Origin: Macrostomum lignano
Lineage: Eukaryota
DNA: 64,000 bases
Direction: 5' to 3'
Assembly (NCBI GenBank): GCA_002269645.1
Contig: NIVC01002133.1
Location: 137,598-201,597 of the forward strand
Shown here in pieces: positions 54,401 through 64,000 of the stretch; position 1 is the first letter of the stretch; each line of letters begins with the position of its first letter. The notes below the pieces were generated by a model. It saw nothing but the letters and a program-made list of their open reading frames with translations, ran no database searches and had not been told where the DNA came from. A program made the translations under genes and the position numbers.

Positions 54401-57400
54401 AAAGGCAGCATAACTGTTGGAAGGTGCTACGGACTGTGCAAGAAAAAGGGATTCCGATTCTTTGGCGTTCAGATAGGAAAACAGTGCTGGTGCGGCAACC
54501 ACTACGGTCGCTACGGCCGACGCGACAAACGCGAGTGCCGCTACCAGTGCAGAGGAGACAAGACGACCTACTGTGGCGGCTCCTGGAGAAACGACGTGTA
54601 CGCTACCGGACTCGAAGAGCACGCCTCCGGAGTTACCCTACTTGGCTGCTTCCGCGACAATTCGAAGCGCGACTTGCCCCTTGTACACGGCGCCGGTCAC
54701 CGGACCACAAAGGCGTACTGTCTGAAGTACTGCAAGTCTCGCGGCTACAGGTACTTTGGCCTCCAGGCTGGATCTGCGTGCACCTGCGGCAACAAATATG
54801 GCAGCTTTGGCCGAGTCAATGCAAAGCAGTGCAGAACGCGCTGTAGAGGCGACAAAAGACGAACCTGCGGCGGCTCTTGGAGAAACTCTGTCTACTCGAC
54901 TGGAATCGGCAGCAAGCCTGTTCGTCGTGAGTACAACAGTACAGATTCGCAATTGATTGCTTTTTTGTCCACCTAGCTCGTGTTTATATTAGTTTGCAGC
55001 TCTCAGTTGAGAACTATGCGATGCCTCACTAATTGCGCGCGCCGTTTCTCTTCCTTCCATAAATACGAGTAGTTTCAAGCAATATAAGGTGGCTAATTTG
55101 AAATTGTGCGCAAATTAGTCTGACATCTTGAAACTTTAAATGCATTAAATATCATCAGCGAAAGCGTGGGCGTCCAAGAGTTGAGCCTTTCTCATAAGTT
55201 GTTTACATAAACGACAGCAAATAATGTGTACAGTAGTAGTCTGTCGCTACCGCTTTCAGTGCCCGGATTGAAGCATCTCGGCTGCTATCTGGACAAGAGC
55301 TCCAGAGATCTTAGAAAGCTGGTTCTCTCCGGATCAGTTACTGTGCCAAAGTGCTACAAGGCGTGCAAAGCCAGGAAATATCGCTTCTTCGGTGTGCAAA
55401 ATGGCTACCAGTGCTGGTGCGGCAACCACTATGGCAGGTACAGAATCCGATCAAACTTGGAGTGCAGAGTACAGTGCAGAGGAGACAAGTCGACCTACTG
55501 CGGAGGCGCGTGGAGAAACAATGTCTACGCGACGGGTGTTGTCGTCGCCAGCAAAGGTAACCGAGTCTGTCAACAGGTTTACGCTTGTAGCTTTCTGGAG
55601 ATCCAAGCAATCCTAGTGTACTGCTGTTTTTCGTTGCGCCATCTAGCCATTTAGCCAGCAGCACTACTAATAGATGTCTCAATGAACAATGGTTTATAGA
55701 CTAGAATAATCCAAGAGAGGTGGGCGATGCCAGCCGATTGAATCTAGTTGGAGCGTTTAATATTCGTAGTCGTAACTAAAATGATGCCCTTCTGATCTTC
55801 CAGCGGCCGGAGTGAAGTACGTCGGCTGCTTAAGGACAATCGCTACAGGGATTTGCCGGTAGTTTACACTGCCAACTACAAGACGACAAAGGCTTACTGC
55901 TTCCGCTATTGTCGAGCCAAGGGCTACAGGTACTTTGGTCTGCAAAACGGCAATGCGTGCACCTGCGGAAACACCGTCGGTCGGTATGGAAGAGCGTCGA
56001 GCAAGGATTGCGCCAGGTCCACCTGTAAGGGCGACAAGAGGTCCAAATGTGGTGGACCATGGAGGAACAGCGTCTTCACAACCGGACTGAAGCCCAAGAG
56101 CTTCAAGAGTAAGTGTGCAGTCAAGCAGAAAATTCGCTTTCCACGCTCGCTCGTAGGCTCGTACGGTATATTAGATATTTTTGAATGTAAAACGAGATTG
56201 CTCTGTACGGTTTGGATGGGGTTTTGCTGACCTGCATGTGCCCACTATTTCTCTTTTAAGCACCTGGAATGTCTCACATTGGCTGCTTTGTTGACGGCCG
56301 GAGGCGCGATCTTCCAACTGTGGGAGGAAAAGGCAGCATAACTGTTGGAAGGTGCTACGGACTGTGCAAGAAAAAGGGATTCCGATTCTTTGGCGTTCAG
56401 ATAGGAAAACAGTGCTGGTGCGGCAACCACTACGGTCGCTACGGCCGACGCGACAAACGCGAGTGCCGCTACCAGTGCAGAGGAGACAAGACGACCTACT
56501 GTGGCGGCTCCTGGAGAAACGACGTGTACGCTACCGGACTCGAAGAGCACGCCTCCGGAGTTACCCTACTTGGCTGCTTCCGCGACAATTCGAAGCGCGA
56601 CTTGCCCCTTGTACACGGCGCCGGTCACCGGACCACAAAGGCGTACTGTCTGAAGTACTGCAAGTCTCGCGGCTACAGGTACTTTGGCCTCCAGGCTGGA
56701 TCTGCGTGCACCTGCGGCAACAAATATGGCAGCTTTGGCCGAGTCAATGCAAAGCAGTGCAGAACGCGCTGTAGAGGCGACAAAAGACGAACCTGCGGCG
56801 GCTCTTGGAGAAACTCTGTCTACTCGACTGGAATCGGCAGCAAGCCTGTTCGTCGTGAGTACAACAGTACAGATTCGCAATTGATTGCTTTTTTGTCCAC
56901 CTAGCTCGTGTTTATATTAGTTTGCAGCTCTCAGTTGAGAACTATGCGATGCCTCACTAATTGCGCGCGCCGTTTCTCTTCCTTCCATAAATACGAGTAG
57001 TTTCAAGCAATATAAGGTGGCTAATTTGAAATTGTGCGCAAATTAGTCTGACATCTTGAAACTTTAAATGCATTAAATATCATCAGCGAAAGCGTGGGCG
57101 TCCAAGAGTTGAGCCTTTCTCATAAGTTGTTTACATAAACGACAGCAAATAATGTGTACAGTAGTAGTCTGTCGCTACCGCTTTCAGTGCCCGGATTGAA
57201 GCATCTCGGCTGCTATCTGGACAAGAGCTCCAGAGATCTTAGAAAGCTGGTTCTCTCCGGATCAGTTACTGTGCCAAAGTGCTACAAGGCGTGCAAAGCC
57301 AGGAAATATCGCTTCTTCGGTGTGCAAAATGGCTACCAGTGCTGGTGCGGCAACCACTATGGCAGGTACAGAATCCGATCAAACTTGGAGTGCAGAGTAC

Positions 57401-60400
57401 AGTGCAGAGGAGACAAGTCGACCTACTGCGGAGGCGCGTGGAGAAACAATGTCTACGCGACGGGTGTTGTCGTCGCCAGCAAAGGTAACCGAGTCTGTCA
57501 ACAGGTTTACGCTTGTAGCTTTCTGGAGATCCAAGCAATCCTAGTGTACTGCTGTTTTTCGTTGCGCCATCTAGCCATTTAGCCAGCAGCACTACTAATA
57601 GATGTCTCAATGAACAATGGTTTATAGACTAGAATAATCCAAGAGAGGTGGGCGATGCCAGCCGATTGAATCTAGTTGGAGCGTTTAATATTCGTAGTCG
57701 TAACTAAAATGATGCCCTTCTGATCTTCCAGCGGCCGGAGTGAAGTACGTCGGCTGCTTTAAGGACAATCGCTACAGGGATTTGCCGGTAGTTTACACTG
57801 CCAACTACAAGACGACAAAGGCTTACTGCTTCCGCTATTGTCGAGCCAAGGGCTACAGGTACTTTGGTCTGCAAAACGGCAATGCGTGCACCTGCGGAAA
57901 CACCGTCGGTCGGTATGGAAGAGCGTCGAGCAAGGATTGCGCCAGGTCCACCTGTAAGGGCGACAAGAGGTCCAAATGTGGTGGACCATGGAGGAACAGC
58001 GTCTTCACAACCGGACTGAAGCCCAAGAGCTTCAAGAGTAAGTGTGCAGTCAAGCAGAAAATTCGCTTTCCACGCTCGCTCGTAGGCTCGTACGGTATAT
58101 TAGATATTTTTGAATGTAAAACGAGATTGCTCTGTACGGTTTGGATGGGGTTTTGCTGACCTGCATGTGCCCACTATTTCTCTTTTAAGCACCTGGAATG
58201 TCTCACATTGGCTGCTTTGTTGACGGCCGGAGGCGCGATCTTCCAACTGTGGGAGGAAAAGGCAGCATAACTGTTGGAAGGTGCTACGGACTGTGCAAGA
58301 AAAAGGGATTCCGATTCTTTGGCGTTCAGATAGGAAAACAGTGCTGGTGCGGCAACCACTACGGTCGCTACGGCCGACGCGACAAACGCGAGTGCCGCTA
58401 CCAGTGCAGAGGAGACAAGACGACCTACTGTGGCGGCTCCTGGAGAAACGACGTGTACGCTACCGGACTCGAAGAGCACGCCTCCGGAGTTACCCTACTT
58501 GGCTGCTTCCGCGACAATTCGAAGCGCGACTTGCCCCTTGTACACGGCGCCGGTCACCGGACCACAAAGGCGTACTGTCTGAAGTACTGCAAGTCTCGCG
58601 GCTACAGGTACTTTGGCCTCCAGGCTGGATCTGCGTGCACCTGCGGCAACAAATATGGCAGCTTTGGCCGAGTCAATGCAAAGCAGTGCAGAACGCGCTG
58701 TAGAGGCGACAAAAGACGAACCTGCGGCGGCTCTTGGAGAAACTCTGTCTACTCGACTGGAATCGGCAGCAAGCCTGTTCGTCGTGAGTACAACAGTACA
58801 GATTCGCAATTGATTGCTTTTTTGTCCACCTAGCTCGTGTTTATATTAGTTTGCAGCTCTCAGTTGAGAACTATGCGATGCCTCACTAATTGCGCGCGCC
58901 GTTTCTCTTCCTTCCATAAATACGAGTAGTTTCAAGCAATATAAGGTGGCTAATTTGAAATTGTGCGCAAATTAGTCTGACATCTTGAAACTTTAAATGC
59001 ATTAAATATCATCAGCGAAAGCGTGGGCGTCCAAGAGTTGAGCCTTTCTCATAAGTTGTTTACATAAACGACAGCAAATAATGTGTACAGTAGTAGTCTG
59101 TCGCTACCGCTTTCAGTGCCCGGATTGAAGCATCTCGGCTGCTATCTGGACAAGAGCTCCAGAGATCTTAGAAAGCTGGTTCTCTCCGGATCAGTTACTG
59201 TGCCAAAGTGCTACAAGGCGTGCAAAGCCAGGAAATATCGCTTCTTCGGTGTGCAAAATGGCTACCAGTGCTGGTGCGGCAACCACTATGGCAGGTACAG
59301 AATCCGATCAAACTTGGAGTGCAGAGTACAGTGCAGAGGAGACAAGTCGACCTACTGCGGAGGCGCGTGGAGAAACAATGTCTACGCGACGGGTGTTGTC
59401 GTCGCCAGCAAAGGTAACCGAGTCTGTCAACAGGTTTACGCTTGTAGCTTTCTGGAGATCCAAGCAATCCTAGTGTACTGCTGTTTTTCGTTGCGCCATC
59501 TAGCCATTTAGCCAGCAGCACTACTAATAGATGTCTCAATGAACAATGGTTTATAGACTAGAATAATCCAAGAGAGGTGGGCGATGCCAGCCGATTGAAT
59601 CTAGTTGGAGCGTTTAATATTCGTAGTCGTAACTAAAATGATGCCCTTCTGATCTTCCAGCGGCCGGAGTGAAGTACGTCGGCTGCTTTAAGGACAATCG
59701 CTACAGGGATTTGCCGGTAGTTTACACTGCCAACTACAAGACGACAAAGGCTTACTGCTTCCGCTATTGTCGAGCCAAGGGCTACAGGTACTTTGGTCTG
59801 CAAAACGGCAATGCGTGCACCTGCGGAAACACCGTCGGTCGGTATGGAAGAGCGTCGAGCAAGGATTGCGCCAGGTCCACCTGTAAGGGCGACAAGAGGT
59901 CCAAATGTGGTGGACCATGGAGGAACAGCGTCTTCACAACCGGACTGAAGCCCAAGAGCTTCAAGAGTAAGTGTGCAGTCAAGCAGAAAATTCGCTTTCC
60001 ACGCTCGCTCGTAGGCTCGTACGGTATATTAGATATTTTTGAATGTAAAACGAGATTGCTCTGTACGGTTTGGATGGGGTTTTGCTGACCTGCATGTGCC
60101 CACTATTTCTCTTTTAAGCACCTGGAATGTCTCACATTGGCTGCTTTGTTGACGGCCGGAGGCGCGATCTTCCAACTGTGGGAGGAAAAGGCAGCATAAC
60201 TGTTGGAAGGTGCTACGGACTGTGCAAGAAAAAGGGATTCCGATTCTTTGGCGTTCAGATAGGAAAACAGTGCTGGTGCGGCAACCACTACGGTCGCTAC
60301 GGCCGACGCGACAAACGCGAGTGCCGCTACCAGTGCAGAGGAGACAAGACGACCTACTGTGGCGGCTCCTGGAGAAACGACGTGTACGCTACCGGACTCG

Positions 60401-63400
60401 AAGAGCACGCCTCCGGAGTTACCCTACTTGGCTGCTTCCGCGACAATTCGAAGCGCGACTTGCCCCTTGTACACGGCGCCGGTCACCGGACCACAAAGGC
60501 GTACTGTCTGAAGTACTGCAAGTCTCGCGGCTACAGGTACTTTGGCCTCCAGGCTGGATCTGCGTGCACCTGCGGCAACAAATATGGCAGCTTTGGCCGA
60601 GTCAATGCAAAGCAGTGCAGAACGCGCTGTAGAGGCGACAAAAGACGAACCTGCGGCGGCTCTTGGAGAAACTCTGTCTACTCGACTGGAATCGGCAGCA
60701 AGCCTGTTCGTCGTGAGTACAACAGTACAGATTCGCAATTGATTGCTTTTTTGTCCACCTAGCTCGTGTTTATATTAGTTTGCAGCTCTCAGTTGAGAAC
60801 TATGCGATGCCTCACTAATTGCGCGCGCCGTTTCTCTTCCTTCCATAAATACGAGTAGTTTCAAGCAATATAAGGTGGCTAATTTGAAATTGTGCGCAAA
60901 TTAGTCTGACATCTTGAAACTTTAAATGCATTAAATATCATCAGCGAAAGCGTGGGCGTCCAAGAGTTGAGCCTTTCTCATAAGTTGTTTACATAAACGA
61001 CAGCAAATAATGTGTACAGTAGTAGTCTGTCGCTACCGCTTTCAGTGCCCGGATTGAAGCATCTCGGCTGCTATCTGGACAAGAGCTCCAGAGATCTTAG
61101 AAAGCTGGTTCTCTCCGGATCAGTTACTGTGCCAAAGTGCTACAAGGCGTGCAAAGCCAGGAAATATCGCTTCTTCGGTGTGCAAAATGGCTACCAGTGC
61201 TGGTGCGGCAACCACTATGGCAGGTACAGAATCCGATCAAACTTGGAGTGCAGAGTACAGTGCAGAGGAGACAAGTCGACCTACTGCGGAGGCGCGTGGA
61301 GAAACAATGTCTACGCGACGGGTGTTGTCGTCGCCAGCAAAGGTAACCGAGTCTGTCAACAGGTTTACGCTTGTAGCTTTCTGGAGATCCAAGCAATCCT
61401 AGTGTACTGCTGTTTTTCGTTGCGCCATCTAGCCATTTAGCCAGCAGCACTACTAATAGATGTCTCAATGAACAATGGTTTATAGACTAGAATAATCCAA
61501 GAGAGGTGGGCGATGCCAGCCGATTGAATCTAGTTGGAGCGTTTAATATTCGTAGTCGTAACTAAAATGATGCCCTTCTGATCTTCCAGCGGCCGGAGTG
61601 AAGTACGTCGGCTGCTTTAAGGACAATCGCTACAGGGATTTGCCGGTAGTTTACACTGCCAACTACAAGACGACAAAGGCTTACTGCTTCCGCTATTGTC
61701 GAGCCAAGGGCTACAGGTACTTTGGTCTGCAAAACGGCAATGCGTGCACCTGCGGAAACACCGTCGGTCGGTATGGAAGAGCGTCGAGCAAGGATTGCGC
61801 CAGGTCCACCTGTAAGGGCGACAAGAGGTCCAAATGTGGTGGACCATGGAGGAACAGCGTCTTCACAACCGGACTGAAGCCCAAGAGCTTCAAGAGTAAG
61901 TGTGCAGTCAAGCAGAAAATTCGCTTTCCACGCTCGCTCGTAGGCTCGTACGGTATATTAGATATTTTTGAATGTAAAACGAGATTGCTCTGTACGGTTT
62001 GGATGGGGTTTTGCTGACCTGCATGTGCCCACTATTTCTCTTTAAGCACCTGGAATGTCTCACATTGGCTGCTTTGTTGACGGCCGGAGACGCGATCTTC
62101 CAACTGTGGGAGGAAAAGGCAGCATAACTGTTGGAAGGTGCTACGGACTGTGCAAGAAAAAGGGATTCCGATTCTTTGGCGTTCAGATAGGAAAACAGTG
62201 CTGGTGCGGCAACCACTACGGTCGCTACGGCCGACGCGACAAACGCGAGTGCCGCTACCAGTGCAGAGGAGACAAGACGACCTACTGTGGCGGTTCCTGG
62301 AGAAACGACGTGTACGCAACGGGTGTTGTCGTCGCCAGCAAAGGTAACCGAGTCTGTCAACAGGTTTACGCTTGTAGCTTTCTGGAGATCCAAGCAATCC
62401 TAGTGTACTGCTGTTTTTCGTTGCGCCATCTAGCCATTTAGCCAGCAGCACTACTAATAGATGTCTCAATGAACAATGGTTTATAGACTAGACTAATCCA
62501 AGAGAGGTGGGCGATGCCAGCCGATTAAATCTAGTTGGAGCCTTTAATATTCGTAGTCGTAACTAAAATGATGCCCTTCTGATCTTCCAGCGGCCGGAGT
62601 GAAGTACGTCGGCTGCTTCAAGGACAATCGCAACAGGGATTTGCCGGTAGTTTACACTGCCAACTACAAGACGACAAAGGCTTACTGCTTCCGCTATTGT
62701 CGAGCCAAGGGCTACAGGTACTTTGGTCTGCAAAACGGCAATGCGTGCACCTGCGGAAACACCGTCGGTCGGTATGGAAGAGCGTCGAGCAAGGATTGCG
62801 CCAGGTCCACCTGTAAGGGCGACAAGAGGTCCAAATGTGGTGGACCATGGAGGAACAGTCTTCACAACCGGACTGAAGCCCAAGAGCTTCAAGAGTAAGT
62901 GTGCAGTCAAGCAGAAAATTCGCTTTCCACGCTCGCTCGTAGGCTCGTAGGGTACATAAGACATTTTGTAAAGTAAAACGGTGAAGTGAGACATTTTGGC
63001 CCTGAAAGTTTCAATCCAGTTTGAATGTATTTCCAACCAATGAACGCGCTCCAGCAAGCAAAAGCTGAGCACATGATCCCAGTCTTAGCTAATGAAAAGT
63101 AGACATCCTTTCCCTACAACAGACTGAACCTTCGGTTCCCCCGAACAATTAGAACCTACCATAGACTTGAGTTAATCTCGAGATTGCGAACACCAAATAC
63201 AATACAACGGTCAGTAAGTTAACATCAATTGATTGCATCATCAGGAAAAGTTAGTCGAATCCGCCGCCTTAGTTATTTGGCTCTCACATTGGTAATTGAA
63301 GTTATTATTGAGCTTAGTAGTGAGAGATCAGAAGACCAAAGACACCCAAGTTATAGACATATATAAAAAATTTCAACGGGCTGGCTCTGTCCGTGTCTTG

Positions 63401-64000
63401 GATTAGGAGCCAACCAGCTGGGGTTTTACTGACCTGCGTGTGCCCACTATTTCTTTTTTAAGCACCTGGAATGTCTCACATTGGCTGCTTTGTTGACGGC
63501 CGGAGGCGCGATCTTCCAACTGTGGGAGGAAAAGGCAGCATAACTGTTGGAAGGTGCTACGGACTGTGCAAGAAAAAGGGATTCCGATTCTTTGGCGTTC
63601 AGATAGGAAAACAGTGCTGGTGCGGCAACCACTACGGTCGCTACGGCCGACGCGACAAACGCGAGTGCCGCTACCAGTGCAGAGGAGACAAGACGACCTA
63701 CTGTGGCGGCTCCTGGAGAAACGACGTGTACGCTACCGGACTCGAAGAGCACGCCTCCGGAGTTACCCTACTTGGCTGCTTCCGCGACAATTCGAAGCGC
63801 GACTTGCCCCTTGTACACGGCGCCGGTCACCGGACCACAAAGGCGTACTGTCTGAAGTACTGCAAGTCTCGCGGCTACAGGTACTTTGGCCTCCAGGCTG
63901 GATCTGCGTGCACCTGCGGCAACAAATATGGCAGCTTTGGCCGAGTCAATGCAAAGCAGTGCAGAACGCGCTGTAGAGGCGACAAAAGACGAACCTGCGG
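48421..64000 (+). CDS. Giant secreted Lys/Arg-rich modular protein: signal peptide - WSC - 2x(LCCL-VWA) - at least 21 WSC domains; 3' end beyond the window
   Basis: Exons: 48421-48490 (signal peptide), 49060-49347 (WSC); 50127-50456, 50607-51163, 51267-51360, 51566-51616 and their duplicate 51710-52039, 52191-52747, 52851-52944, 53150-53200. Then A/B/C WSC exons: 53458-53763, 54333-54926, 55260-55556; 55804-56108 (1-bp del), 56261-56854, 57188-57484; 57732-58037, 58190-58783, 59117-59413; 59661-59966, 60119-60712, 61046-61342; 61590-61895, 62047-62343; 62591-62894 (2-bp del), 63463-end. Module junctions are phase 1. Confidence 0.88.
50127..50456 (+). CDS. LCCL-domain exon, copy 1 (copy 2 at 51710-52039)
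   Basis: VWGSGIYTADSSLSKAAVHAG and TRRNGVKT..YG..RLSYKF motifs. Confidence 0.85.
50607..51360 (+). CDS. Hemicentin/VWA7-type VWA domain exons, copy 1 (copy 2 at 52191-52944)
   Basis: LIFVIDITGSM (MIDAS-like), FGDP, GGGDCPEYAMSG, MLLFTDASAKD, FKQLA..SFGEV. Intron 51164-51266. Confidence 0.85.
53318..64000 (+). repeat. Tandem array of a ~1.93-kb unit carrying 3 exons and 4 WSC domains
   Basis: Period 1928-1929 (B exons at 54333, 56261, 58190, 60119). Each domain has the 8-Cys WSC pattern GC(F/Y).D...RDL...C...C...(R/K)YFG.Q....C.CG.....G......C...C.GD....CGG.WRN.VY.TG. Confidence 0.95.

Noticed and set aside
53485-63976. Antisense and alternate-frame ORFs repeated with the WSC units
   Set aside because: They are shadow frames of the WSC exons, and their recurrence only reflects the tandem duplication.

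Overview
Eukaryotic (animal) genomic DNA with spliced genes and many mini/microsatellites. The two SME16-like calcium-binding genes suggest a flatworm, and the repeat style suggests Macrostomum (inference). Genes: (1) a complete 19-exon Slo2/KCNT potassium channel on + (2929-30549, about 1272 aa), with a second alternative first exon not in the ORF track; (2) a convergent single-ORF CABIT-domain (GAREM/THEMIS/Serrano-like) gene on - (32591-34147); (3) two tandem 3-exon four-EF-hand genes (38523-39288, 41321-42693); (4) the 5' part of a very large secreted, Lys/Arg-rich modular gene (48421 to beyond 64000): signal peptide, WSC, 2x(LCCL+VWA), then at least 21 more WSC domains in a ~1.93-kb tandem array of phase-1 exons. 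The array shows higher-order structure, a chimeric exon and two frameshifted copies. Mobile DNA: a hAT-type MITE with an 8-bp TSD, two CORE-type tRNA SINEs, a Penelope GIY-YIG relic next to a decayed hammerhead-like motif, and a decayed Ty3/Gypsy gag. All exon boundaries were read by eye from GT-AG sites and frame continuity. Family assignments rest on recalled motifs, not database searches.
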